Translations under genes and position numbers: made by a program
Shown: piece after piece, positions 26,757 to 37,144 of the stretch
Layout: each line of letters opens with the position of its first letter
Numbering within the stretch: position 1 is the first letter of the stretch
The notes under the pieces: generated by a model
Told to the model about the DNA's origin: nothing
Database searches by the model: none
The model's input: the letters and a program-made list of their open reading frames with translations, nothing else
Virus record (IMG/VR): IMGVR_UViG_3300044692_000050
Span: 38,341 to 102,340 of that record
DNA length: 64,000 bases
Direction: 5' to 3' (one strand)
DNA from: a virus

Positions 26757-27406
26757 TGGGCGTTCCGGTCGCATACCTGTACTGCGGGCAGCCGGCATCA
26801 TCCGACGCGGCGCTGTACACGGCCAGCGGCGTCAAGGTGTTCCCCAGCCTGGTCGCCGTCAACCCGACCGTCAGCGCGGTCACGCTGTCCCTGTCAGTGG
26901 TCCGGTCGATCTCCGGGGTGACGGAGACGATCTGCTCGGGCCTGTCGGTCCCGGCGTTCTCTGCGGTGTCGCTGCTGGATGATCCCCGGCTGGCGATGGA
27001 GGAGGTTCTCCTCGATCCGGGGGACGCGCTTCACGGGTCGGTGTCGGGCACCGCTCCGGCGCCCCCGGTGCCGACCAAGACCAACACGGGCGGCACGGTC
27101 CTGACCGGGACGTACGGCGTCAAGGTCACCTATGTGAGCGCGTCCGGGGAGACGCTCGCGTCGGCTGCGGGGACGGTGACGACGGTGGCGGACACGTCCA
27201 CGATCACGATCCCGTCCCCGGCTCCCATCACGGGGGCTACGGGCTGGTATGCCTACGTCACCCAGGTCGGCGGGTCCACCTACACCCGGCAGCAGACGGC
27301 GGGGAGCCCGACGGCGATCGGGACGGGACTGACGCTGACCGCGCCGCCGACCAGCAGCGGGGCGCAGGCTCCGACGACGGCCGGGTGCACGATCACGGCG
27401 TTCTAG
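26756..27406 (+). CDS. Putative virion protein (paralog 2 with inserted domain)
   Basis: Shares VVRSISGVTETIC...SAVSLLDDPRLA.EEV.LD.GD.L.GS with paralog 1; about 100 aa insert before ITAF. Confidence 0.7.
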   Translation: MGVPVAYLYCGQPASSDAALYTASGVKVFPSLVAVNPTVSAVTLSLSVVRSISGVTETICSGLSVPAFSAVSLLDDPRLAMEEVLLDPGDALHGSVSGTAPAPPVPTKTNTGGTVLTGTYGVKVTYVSASGETLASAAGTVTTVADTSTITIPSPAPITGATGWYAYVTQVGGSTYTRQQTAGSPTAIGTGLTLTAPPTSSGAQAPTTAGCTITAF

Positions 27407-27421
27407 CGGGAAGGGGCCGAG

Positions 27422-27598
27422 ATGTCCGTGGACAGTTGCCGCGCGCCGACCGACTGGAGCTTTCGTCGCTGGCTTCGGGAAAGCCGGTCCTACACGCGAC
27501 CGATGGCGTGGTGGCGGTTCTACCCGATGGCGGTCCGCAAGTGGTTCTGGTTCGACCGTCAGCAGCGGCGAGACAACGCCGCGATGCAGGCACGATAG
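27422..27598 (+). CDS. Small Trp/Arg-rich protein
   Basis: MSVDSCRAPTDWSFRRWLRESRSYTRPMAWWRFYPMAVRKWFWFDRQQRRDNAAMQAR fills the gap. Confidence 0.4.
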   Translation: MSVDSCRAPTDWSFRRWLRESRSYTRPMAWWRFYPMAVRKWFWFDRQQRRDNAAMQAR

Positions 27599-27616
27599 GC
27601 CGAGAGGGGGACGCCG

Positions 27617-28246
27617 ATGCCCGCGCTTCCCCCTCTCGCCACGCCCGACGACGTGGCCGCGCGTCTCGGCCGGGACCTGACCGAGACCGAGGCGATCCGC
27701 CTAGAACCGCTCCTGGCGGACGCCTCGGCTCAGATCCGTCGCTACTGCCGCCGCGACTTCCTCATGCACACGGCCGAGACGCAAGTCCTGTACGGGCACG
27801 ACTCGGAGATCACCCTTCCCGGCCGGCCCGTCCAGTCGGTGCAGTCGGTGGTCCTCGACGGCGGGGGGACGCTCCCGGACATCCCGATCCCCTGGTTCCA
27901 GTTCGACGGGGTGCAGACGATCCGGATCGGCTCCGGTATCGGCATCATCAACCTGCCTGAAGCGTGGGCGGAGGCGGGCGAGTACCCGGGAACGTACAAG
28001 GTGACGTACACGTTCGGGTACTCCGAGGTTCCCGACGACGTGAATATGGTGTGCGCCAACGCGGCCCTGTCGGTGCTGACCGCGCCTACCGCCGCGGCGG
28101 GTGTGGTGGGTGAGTCGATTGGTCCGTATTCGTACCGTTTGGAGCGTTCTGGCGGCGGTGTCGCGGTAGCGCTGAATGCGGCCGACCTCGCGGTCCTCAA
28201 GGACTACAGGGGTGGCGTGCGGACGCTGCAGGCGAGGCTCCGCTGA
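27617..28246 (+). CDS. Head-to-tail adaptor
   Basis: LATPDDVAARLGRDLT..E...LLADASAQIR; ESIGPYSY. Confidence 0.85.
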   Translation: MPALPPLATPDDVAARLGRDLTETEAIRLEPLLADASAQIRRYCRRDFLMHTAETQVLYGHDSEITLPGRPVQSVQSVVLDGGGTLPDIPIPWFQFDGVQTIRIGSGIGIINLPEAWAEAGEYPGTYKVTYTFGYSEVPDDVNMVCANAALSVLTAPTAAAGVVGESIGPYSYRLERSGGGVAVALNAADLAVLKDYRGGVRTLQARLR

Positions 28247-28614
28247 TGCCTCCTGCGCCCCCTGTCGGCCCGATCCTGGGCGGCTTCACCGTCACCCTGA
28301 TCTCATCGCAGGTGACCGGCCGGGACGGCTATGGCAACGATGTCAGGACCGCTGTCAGGCGCGACATCCCCGGCTGCGCCGTGGCTCCCGGCTCCACGTC
28401 AGAGAACCTTGACAATACCGTCCAGGTCACCGAAGACCTCGAGGTCTACATGCCCGCCGGGACCGTGGTCACCCCGGAGGATTCGGTGGAGTACCAGGGG
28501 ATCACGTACCGGGTGATGGGCCAGCCGGAGTCGTGGCAGTCGCCGTTCACGGGCACTGCCGGGCCGGTCAGGTTGCGGCTGAGGCTCGTTACCGGCGCGT
28601 CCGGGCGCACCTGA
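28246..28614 (+). CDS. Head-to-tail stopper
   Basis: RDGYGND...GCAVAPG...YRVMGQPESWQSPFTG. Confidence 0.8.
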   Translation: MPPAPPVGPILGGFTVTLISSQVTGRDGYGNDVRTAVRRDIPGCAVAPGSTSENLDNTVQVTEDLEVYMPAGTVVTPEDSVEYQGITYRVMGQPESWQSPFTGTAGPVRLRLRLVTGASGRT

Positions 28615-28624
28615 GGGGGATCCC

Positions 28625-28987
28625 ATGCCACGTTCCAAGCTGAGCCTCGACTACGACGCGATCGGAAGCGAAATCCTCCGCGCCCCGTGGATGGTTGAGC
28701 ACATGCGTTCCAGGGCCAACCGCATTATGGAGGACGCGCAGGGACGCGCCCCCGTCTACGAAGGTCCCGGCAGGGATGAGCACCGGGGGCGGTACAAGGA
28801 ATCGTTCCGGGTCGAGACAACCAGCCACGGCGGCGACCGGGGCAACCGCGCCGAGGCCAAAGTGATCAACGACAGCCCCGAAGCCATCTTCGTAGAGGCC
28901 GGCGCGAGGGCCTACGGGAAGATCCCAGCCCGGCCCGGACAGCACATCATGGCTGCCGCCATGATGGCCGCCGCCGGAGACGAGTAG
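28625..28987 (+). CDS. Neck/tail-completion protein (HK97 gp10-like)
   Basis: RAPV...GRYKESF...NDSPEAIFVEAG. Confidence 0.75.
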   Translation: MPRSKLSLDYDAIGSEILRAPWMVEHMRSRANRIMEDAQGRAPVYEGPGRDEHRGRYKESFRVETTSHGGDRGNRAEAKVINDSPEAIFVEAGARAYGKIPARPGQHIMAAAMMAAAGDE

Positions 28988-29012
28988 GCACCGACGCTAG
29001 CCAGGGGGTGCG

Positions 29013-30851
29013 GTGACTACCTGGCGGCTTCAGGACGGGCTGAGCGGACGCCCCGGAAACGGCCCATCCTCCCCGGCCAGCTACTCCGGCCCGTTCCTCG
29101 CCGGGACGCTGATCAGCGTCACCGGGGGCGTGAAGTGGCTTGAGGGTTACTGGTGGTGGGTGTGCCCGTCCGGGCAGTCCACCGCGCCGCAGAAGTTCGC
29201 CCTGTGGAACCGCTACGGCACCGGATCCAGCCAGTCCGTGGTGCCCGGCTCCGTGGTCACCTCGGGGACCCTGACCGCCGGGCAGTGGAACTTCATCCCC
29301 CTGCCCAGCCCGGCCCCGCTGGCGCCTGGAGGCCTCTACGTCCCGGCCACCGGCTGGGACACCACCGGGACCACCGGCTTCCCGGTCGTCAACAACCAGT
29401 TCGGCGCGGCCCAGCCGTACGCGGCGGGGATCACCAACGGGCCGCTGACGGCCTGGTCGGACCTCGGCGCCTCGAATCTGTGGCCCGGCGGGTCGTCCGC
29501 TAACTACGGACTGGACCAGGGCCTGTTCGGCGTCGGCGGCACCGACCCGGCGGCAATCATGCCAGCCGGCGGGTCGAACTCGGCGAACTTTCTCGTAGAC
29601 GTCCAGGTCACCGACGTCCCCCCGTCGGGCACCTCGTACCGGCTGTGGCCGAACATGGCCGACGCCGGGAACTCGTCCCTGGACACGGCGACGAACTTCA
29701 CGCTGGGCGTCGAGTTCTCCCTGTCGCAAGCCTGCACCCTGGACGCGATCTGGTTCTACAGCCCGCCGGGCGTGACCCAACTGCCGACCGAGTGCGCCGT
29801 CTACGACGTGACCTCACAGGCGATCGTGACCGGCACCGACAACGTGTCGCCAGCGTGGACGCTGCCGGGAGGAGGCGCGGCCTCAGCCGGGGCCGGGTGG
29901 GTGTACGCGCCGATGCCCGGCGCGGTCAGCCTGCCCGCGGGCGACTACAAGGCGGCCGTCTGCAACGGGGCGGCCAGCCCCGCCGTCTGGAATGTGCAGA
30001 TGGCGGGCTACTGGTCGACCGGGTTCGGCGCGAACGGCCTCACGTCAGGGCCGATCACCGCCCCGGGCAACGCCACCGCGGCCAGCCCCGGCCAGTCCAC
30101 CTACCATGCCGGCGCGGCGATCCACTGGCCGGACACCTCCACCGGGGGCGGCCACAACTACTGGGTTGACGTCGAGGTAACCCCGGTCACCTCAGTCCCG
30201 GTCAGCGAATCCGACTCGGGCGCCGGGATCGACACGGCGTCGGTAGGGGCAGCTGCGGCCACTGCGGACACGGGATCAGGCGCCGACGCCGTGACCCTCG
30301 CCGCCGCCGTCACCTCGGCGGAATCAGCCACGGGAAGTGCGGCGCTCACCGCCGCGGCGTCTCTGAGCTTCGCTGACCCCGGCGGCGGAGCGGACGCGCT
30401 GAGCCTCCCCGGCAGTACCCAGGCCGGGCTGTACGACGCAGGCGAGACCGACGACACGGCGTTCGGCCACCGGGAGTCGTCCGCGTTCCCCGACGTCGAA
30501 CTGTTCCTGGTGTCGTGGCTGCAGGGCCAGTTTCCGGCCCTCCGCTGGTGCACGATCCTCCCGGCGTCCATCACCGAAACGACCGTGCACGTTGTGCGGA
30601 TCTCGGGTGCCAACCGGTCCCTGCGGGTGGACCGGCCGATCGTGGACATCGACGTGTTCGCCTACGACCACGCCACGTCCGTCCAGGTGGCGCTCGGCGT
30701 CCAGGCGCTGCTGAAGATCGCCAGGAACGTGGTCACCCCGGCCGGGGTGCTGCAGTCGGTGAACACGGTGAACGGCCCCCGCTGGCTGCCCGAGATCAAC
30801 CCGGACCTGTTCCGCCGGTCCGCCACGTACGAGCTCTACCTCCACGCATAA
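29013..30851 (+). CDS. Tail terminator fused to N-terminal DUF4082-like domains and DSGxGxD repeats
   Basis: FTLGVEF...NYWVDVEV (DUF4082-like); C-terminal FPDVELFLVSWL...VVRISG...DRPIVDIDVFA...GPRWLP...ATYEL. Confidence 0.7.
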   Translation: MTTWRLQDGLSGRPGNGPSSPASYSGPFLAGTLISVTGGVKWLEGYWWWVCPSGQSTAPQKFALWNRYGTGSSQSVVPGSVVTSGTLTAGQWNFIPLPSPAPLAPGGLYVPATGWDTTGTTGFPVVNNQFGAAQPYAAGITNGPLTAWSDLGASNLWPGGSSANYGLDQGLFGVGGTDPAAIMPAGGSNSANFLVDVQVTDVPPSGTSYRLWPNMADAGNSSLDTATNFTLGVEFSLSQACTLDAIWFYSPPGVTQLPTECAVYDVTSQAIVTGTDNVSPAWTLPGGGAASAGAGWVYAPMPGAVSLPAGDYKAAVCNGAASPAVWNVQMAGYWSTGFGANGLTSGPITAPGNATAASPGQSTYHAGAAIHWPDTSTGGGHNYWVDVEVTPVTSVPVSESDSGAGIDTASVGAAAATADTGSGADAVTLAAAVTSAESATGSAALTAAASLSFADPGGGADALSLPGSTQAGLYDAGETDDTAFGHRESSAFPDVELFLVSWLQGQFPALRWCTILPASITETTVHVVRISGANRSLRVDRPIVDIDVFAYDHATSVQVALGVQALLKIARNVVTPAGVLQSVNTVNGPRWLPEINPDLFRRSATYELYLHA

Positions 30852-30899
30852 GTCCCCCGGCGGGGCCAACACCCGCCTCAAATAGGAGGAAATCGGCCC

Positions 30900-31490
30900 A
30901 TGTCGGACACTAGGAACGAAACTCTGACCCTGGCCGCCGGCGATGTCGTGGCGTACGCCGCGGTCCTCGGCACGACCGCGCCGACGGCGTTCGAGACGCT
31001 GGCCAGCCCGTGGATCTGCCTTGGCTGGATCGAGACGTCCGGGTACATGTTCAAGTTGGATCAGGCGTTGAAGGAAGTCGACGCCGCCGGGACCCTGGAC
31101 CCGATCCGGACCGTCATGGGGAAGGCCGGGAAGTCTTTCCAGGCGACGTTCCTCGAGGCGCTGAACCCGATGGTGCAGGCGCTGTGGGATGACGTGCCGC
31201 TGGCGACGACCCTGCCGACCTCGGGCACGATCGCGAGTTACACCTACCCGGCGACGCCGACGGACAACCGGTACTGCTTCGTTTTCGACACGTTCGACGG
31301 GGACGCCAAGCTCAGGTTCTTCGCGCCGAACGGGAAGGTCACCGCCCGCGGGGACTTCCAGCCGCAGCAGGGCGACGTGACGCCGCTGCAGATGACCGTC
31401 ACTTTGTACCCCGACCAGATCGGCAGCGCGAGGTCGGCGCTGAAGAAGTACGTGGATTACGGCAGCCGTGTCCTCACGGCCTTCGAGTAA
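30900..31490 (+). CDS. Major tail protein
   Basis: YAAVLGTTAPT...WICLGWI...FQATFLE...FVFDTFDG; AGGAGG SD. Confidence 0.88.
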   Translation: MSDTRNETLTLAAGDVVAYAAVLGTTAPTAFETLASPWICLGWIETSGYMFKLDQALKEVDAAGTLDPIRTVMGKAGKSFQATFLEALNPMVQALWDDVPLATTLPTSGTIASYTYPATPTDNRYCFVFDTFDGDAKLRFFAPNGKVTARGDFQPQQGDVTPLQMTVTLYPDQIGSARSALKKYVDYGSRVLTAFE

Positions 31491-31503
31491 CGGGGGGTTA
31501 TGC

Positions 31504-31872
31504 ATGGGCGAGGTAGCGAAGCTGCCCGAGGCGGAAGACGAGGATTTCGTCGACCTTGACCTCGACGCTGATGACCAGCTACTGCGCGAGGCTGTCGGCC
31601 AGCCGATCCGGGTGAAGGTCGGCGGCCAGGTCATCGAAGTCCCGCACCCGCAGGACTGGCCGCACACTGCGAACACTGCGGCGTCGAATGCCGAGTTCGG
31701 CGCGTGGGCGGCTCAGGTGCTGTCGGACGAGGACTACAAGGTGTTCCAGGGTGCCAACCTGAGGAACTACCAGGTCAACGCCCTGTTCGAGCACGTCAAT
31801 AAGCGGGCGGGTGTCAGCCCGGGAAAATCGCCGAGCTCCGCGCGCTCATCCAGGAGCAAGCCCCGGCGCTAG
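31504..31872 (+). CDS. Tail assembly chaperone (gpG-like)
   Basis: After major tail; ends near slippery G GGA AAA. Confidence 0.85.
   Translation: MGEVAKLPEAEDEDFVDLDLDADDQLLREAVGQPIRVKVGGQVIEVPHPQDWPHTANTAASNAEFGAWAAQVLSDEDYKVFQGANLRNYQVNALFEHVNKRAGVSPGKSPSSARSSRSKPRR
31821..31827 (+). other. Programmed -1 frameshift site
   Basis: G GGA AAA in correct phase; the -1 frame reads IAELRALIQEQAPALEADLHRYYHVDLLDLYR and stays open to 32321. Confidence 0.85.
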
Positions 31873-32321
31873 AAGCCGACCTTCACCGGTATTACCACGT
31901 CGATCTGCTCGACCTGTACCGGCCCGGCTGCCCGCACTGCCACGGAGGCCGGCTGTCGTGGCGGAAACTCGGCGTGCTGGTGGACTACCTGCCGCCCGAG
32001 TCCGCGACGATCGCCGCGGTCCGGGCGGGCCTGCCGGATGAGGATCTCGAGGAGCGCTCCGAGTCCAGCGACCCGGAGGCCGGCCGGTGGTCGGTGGCGG
32101 AGATGCTGCTTGCGTCGGTGGTGGACGAACTCCGCCGGTTCGAGCACATCTACGTGTCCGCGCACGTGAAGCAGGGGCAGGCGGGGCTGATGCCCGAGCC
32201 GATCCCCCGGCCGGGGATGACGCGGGCGGCCAAGAAGGTCCGCCGGTCCCGGCTGACGGACGAACAGCGGGCCATCCTGGACCCCCGGCTGAGGCTAGTG
32301 CAGGACGACGAGGCGGGCTAA
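31827..32321 (+). CDS. Tail assembly chaperone frameshift extension (gpGT-like)
   Basis: EADLHRYY...LSWRKLGVLVDYLPPESAT...WSVAEMLLASVVD...PEPIPRPG. Confidence 0.8.
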   Translation: MAELRALIQEQAPALEADLHRYYHVDLLDLYRPGCPHCHGGRLSWRKLGVLVDYLPPESATIAAVRAGLPDEDLEERSESSDPEAGRWSVAEMLLASVVDELRRFEHIYVSAHVKQGQAGLMPEPIPRPGMTRAAKKVRRSRLTDEQRAILDPRLRLVQDDEAG

Positions 32322-32479
32322 TTATAGCGGAGTTCCTGCGTGATCTCGTCCATGGGCACGACCGCGATGTCCCCGTTGTCGGCGTAGCGGACGGTCATCG
32401 TCCCGTCGTCGTTATCCATGCCGTACGGGGCGATCTCGCGGCCTTGGTGCAGAAGCCGGATCGGTGCTAGCCCGCTCAC
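32318..32479 (-). CDS. Antisense small protein, copy A
   Basis: LAPIRLLHQGREIAPYGMDNDDG...QELRYN; GGAAGG SD; paralog at 42764. Confidence 0.65.
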   Translation of the reverse strand: MSGLAPIRLLHQGREIAPYGMDNDDGTMTVRYADNGDIAVVPMDEITQELRYN

Positions 32480-32582
32480 GCCATTGCCTTCCGTCGCGGC
32501 CATACAGGGCGGCTGAGCTCAACCCACCGGGCCGGTTCCCACTGCCGGTCGTTCCGGTGGCTTAGGGAGGGGGTGGTGCGAG

Positions 32583-35500
32583 ATGGCAGGCATAAGTATT
32601 GGGTCTGTCAGTTTAAAGCGTCTCAGTAGTCCCGAGCGCTGAGAATTTTGGAGAGAAGCTTCGCGCGGCCACCCTGCCGCAGGCCGACGCCATTGGCGTT
32701 GAGCTCGGCCGGAAGATCGCGGACGGGATCAACGCGTCCCTGCGGAACATCACCGTCAAGGCGACCGTCGACCTGAACACCGAGGCGGCCCGTGCCGCCC
32801 TCGATGATCTCGGCAGCAAGTCCGTCACGCCCACGGTCGGCCTGGATGACACCCGGATCGTCGCCGGCCTGGATGACATCAAGGTCAAGCTGGACCGGCT
32901 CACCGACCAGGTGTACGACGTGGAACTCGAGCTGAACGCCGGTAACGCCGTAACCCGGCTGGATGAGATCTCCGAGAAGCTCGACCGGGTAGGCTCGCGG
33001 ACCGCCACGCCGCGTCTCGACCTGGACGATTCCGCGTTCAACCGGAAGATCGACGCCGCCCAGGCAAAGCTGGCGGCGCTGGCGTCACCGGGCGGGTTCC
33101 TCGGTGCGGCCATCCTCGGCGGCGCGGCCCTGACCCCTGCCGTCGGCGGGGTGGCGGCAGGTCTCGGGGCGTCCGTCGGCGGCCTCGGGCTGGCATACGC
33201 GGGGATCTCCGGGGCGCTCAAGGACTACACGGCGGCGCAGAACGCGGCCGACACGGCTACGAAAGCGTCGGGCAAGTCGGCGATCTCCACGGCCTCGCAG
33301 ATTCACTCCGCCCAGGTTGCCGTGTCGAACGCGGCCACCGCCGAAGCTCACGACGAGATCACCTCCGCTGAGGCGATCCGGAACGCGAAGCAGGCCGTCG
33401 CGCAGGCCACCCAGCAGGCCGCCAACTCGCGGATCTCCGCCGAGGAAGGCGTCGCCCGCGCTGAGGAGCAGCTCCAGAACGCCCAGTACGCGGAGCGGCA
33501 GGCCCAGATCGCCCTGACGGACGCCCGGCAGCAGGCCATCCTGACCCTGCAGCAACTCCACGACGCGGAAGCGGACGCGTCCCTGTCTGCCGAGCAGGCG
33601 CAACTGGACCTGGAACAGGCCCGGCTGAACGCCGCGAACGTCGACAAGTCCGCGACGGCGACCGCGCTGCAGAAGGCGCAGGCCGACCTGAGCGTCCGCG
33701 AGGCGGAACAGCGCCTCAAGGAAGCTCTGGAGGCGAAGAAGAACAGCGCCGACGCCGCGAACAAGGCCGACCGGGAGGGCGTCAACGGCCTGCCGTCCGT
33801 GGTGAACGCGGCGCATGCCGTGAAGCAGGCACAGCAGGGCGTGGCGGACGCGCACCGGGGCGTGGCGGATGCGCAGCGGAACCTCGTCACCGCCGAGCGG
33901 CAGGGCGCGGACGCGATAGCGAAGGCCCAGCAGTCCCTCGCGGACGCGGTGCGGAACGCGTCGTGGCAGCAGCAGGCCGACGCGCAGCGGGTTTCCGACG
34001 CCCAGTACAGCCTCCACGCCGCCTACGCCGCGGCGGCTGCAGGGTCGACGTCGGCCGGGAGTGCGGCCACGAAATACCAGCAGGCGCTCGCCAAGCTGTC
34101 CCCGGCCGGCAGGGAACTCGTCAAAGATTTCATCGCGCTGCACGACCTCCTGAAGCCCCTTGAGGGTGCCGCCGAGAAGGCTCTTGCGCCGGGCGTGACG
34201 GCGCTCACGAAGGGGATCAAGTCGCTGGCCCCCACGCTGGCGACCGAGGTCACCCAGATGGACACGATCCTCGGCGGGTTCGCGACCCGGCTGGGGCATG
34301 TGATGGAAACCTCCGGGTTCCACGACACCCTGACGAAGCTGTTCGCCGAGGCCAACCAGTTCCTCACGATCGTCACCCCGGCGGTCGGGAAGATGCTCGG
34401 GGACATCTTCACCGCCGGGGCGAACTCCCCGCAGGCGGTGAAGGGCCTGGCGGATGGCATCGCGGCGATCGCGAAGGGCTTCGGGGACCTGGCGCGGAAC
34501 CTGGCTCCGGCCGCCCCGGCGCTCGGCTCGGCGCTGGCGAACATCGGCAAGCTCCTCGGCGGCCTGACCGGCGCGGCCGGGGGTGTGCTGGCGGACGAGC
34601 TGAAGGTGCTGTCCGGGTTCCTCGGGTTCGTCGCGGGCTTGCCGAAATCGGTGCAGTCCACGCTCACCGAGCTCGCGGCGTGGTTCCTCGTCCTGAAGAA
34701 GACCGGGGTGCTGTCCGTAGGGGTCAAGCTGATCGGCGGCGCGGCGACATTGCTCGGCAAGCTGTTCGGCGCTGGCGGCAGCGCCGCTGGCGGCGCTGAG
34801 GTCGAGGTCGGCGCAGCCGGGATGCAGCGAGCGGCTGACACGATGGTGACTGCGGCGGCGGCGATGCAGCGGGCCGCTGACACGATGGTCGGTGCTGACG
34901 TCGGCCGGCCGGGCGCACCGGGCAAGGGCAGCATCCCCGGGGGTCCCGCAACGGGCGAAACGGCCGGCGGCGGCATCCTGTCCACCCTGATGGCAGGGAT
35001 CAGCAAGGGCGGCCTCATCGTGGCCGGCGCGGCTATCGCCGGGGGGATCGTCCTCAAGGTCCGCGAGGACATCAAGTCCGGGTTCCAGGGCATCATCCGG
35101 GACATCCCGAAGTGGTTCAACTTCGGCACCCTCGGGTTCATCGCCCAGTCCGCGCAGGGGTGGGCCGACCTGATCGTCTCCAAGGTCCGCCATTCCCTCA
35201 TGTCGTGGGAAGACGACGTACGCCACTACATCGCCTCGTCTTTCGACCTCATCCGGCACGAGGCCGCGACCGAATGGGACGGGATAGCCGGCGACCTCGC
35301 GGGCTACTGGGACAAGCTGCGCCACAATGCGTCAGCGGCGTTCGACGGGATCCGGCACTTCATCTCCTCGTCATGGGACCAGACCAGGCACGACGCGGCG
35401 ACCGCATGGAACGGGATCATCACCTTCCTCACCGGGTCCTGGAACAAGCTCACCGCTGACGCGAAGGCGTCCTGGGGCACGCTAGAGAACACGTTCAGTA

Positions 35501-37140
35501 CCGGGTGGAAGTGGATCACGTCCAACGTGTTCGACCCGATGAAGAACTTCCTCACCTCCACCCTGCCGTCCTGGTTCAGCACGGCCGTGTCAGGTGTCGC
35601 CAGCGTATGGAACAAGCTCGAGAACGTCGTGAAGGCCCCGGTCAGCTGGATTATCAACAAGGTCTATGACCAGGGCCTCGTGCCGGTCATACATGCTGTC
35701 GGCGGCCTGATCGGGCTGGACCTGAAGCCGATCGCGTTCGCGGAAGGCGGGAAGGTCACTCAGGGCACCACCGAGAAGGCCGATGATGTCCTGGCTCGGA
35801 TCTCCAGGAACGAGACCGTCGTCTCCGCGGAGCACTCCCGGATACTTGCCCCCGCGTTTGCAGCGATTGGGGTCCCTGGCTACAAAACCGGCGGGGTCCC
35901 GAATCCTATCGGATTCGTCCAGCATGAGGCGTCGAGCCTGTGGAAGCAGGCGATCGGCGGCCTGAAAGATCTCACGGGGGACGCGCTCGCCCTCGCTGCG
36001 CATCACATCCTGGACCCGCTGCTAGCCGCGATGCCGGGCGCGGGGACGATCCTCGGCGCGGACCTGAAGAAGATTCCCGTCAAGATGGTCGACGCCGTGA
36101 TCAACGCGATCAAGGGTGCCACTGCGGGCGTATCCGGATCGGTCGGGTCCGGGTCGGGTGCGGACGTCGCCAAGTACGCAGCCAGTTTCGGCACCGGGAA
36201 GGGTCACCCGTACGTCTGGGGCGGTTCTGTCCCTTCTGGGTGGGATTGTTCCGGTTTCTCGGCTTTTGTATACGAACACTTCGGCTATTTCCCCGAGAAG
36301 CAGGGCGCACGCCACGGCACCAGCGAATCCCAGTTCGTAGACCCGCTCCTGCAGTCCTCCGGGGCTGTGCCCGGCGCGCTGGTGTTCCTGCAGGGCAGCG
36401 GCGGCCCGCCTCCCGGTCACGTCGGCGTCGTCCTGAACGGCAAGTCGTACGTGAGCGCCTACGACACCGCCGAGGGAACGGTTGTCAAACCGCTCAGCGG
36501 GGCAATGGGATACCGCATCCCGAAGGGCGGATTCCAAGCGGGCGGCACGTCCGGCAAGGATCCCGCGTCGGCCAAGGCGTACGCCAAGGCTCACCTGTCC
36601 AAATACGGGTGGGCGGCTAGCCAGTTCTCCCCCCTGGACTCGCTATGGACTCACGAGTCGGGCTGGCGCTATAACGCACAGAACCCCAACTCCCCCGCGT
36701 ACGGCATCCCGCAAGCTGATCCGGGCTCCAAGATGGCGAGCGCGGGGGCGGACTGGCGCACGAATCCAGCCACCCAGATGAACTGGGGCCTGCCATATAT
36801 CAAGTCCACCTACGGTACCCCTGCGCATGCGTGGGCACTCTGGCAGCAAAGGTCGCCTCACTGGTATGACGCGGGCGGCTGGATGCCCCCTGGCCTGTCG
36901 CTGACGATGAACGGGACCGGACGGCCCGAGCCGGTGTTCAGCCCGAAGCAGTGGGACATGCTGTCGTCCGCGATCGGCCCGCACGGGTCGGTACTGCCGC
37001 ACAAGCACACCCTGAAGCGGCTCGACCGGATGATCGAGCTGCTCGAGCGGGCCCCGGCGGCCACCGCTGCGGGTTTCGGGGGACAGATCAACGGCGCGGC
37101 CCGTGCCGCTGTCACCCGCGGCCAGTTCCGCACCCGCTGA
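32583..37140 (+). CDS. Tape measure protein with NlpC/P60 and lytic-transglycosylase domains; start disrupted by a frameshift at about 32612
   Basis: Ala/Gln-rich helices, W-periodic repeats, PYVWGG..GWDCSG..GHVG, LWTHESGWRYNAQNP.S.AYGIPQA; MAGISIGSV is out of frame with SVSVVPSAENF by 7 nt. Confidence 0.9.
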
Positions 37141-37144
37141 TCTC

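Noticed and set aside
32612-32618. T TTA AAG as a programmed -1 frameshift rescuing the tape measure
   Set aside because: The -1 frame hits TAG within a few codons; the TMP needs +1/-2, where TAA lies at 32614-32616
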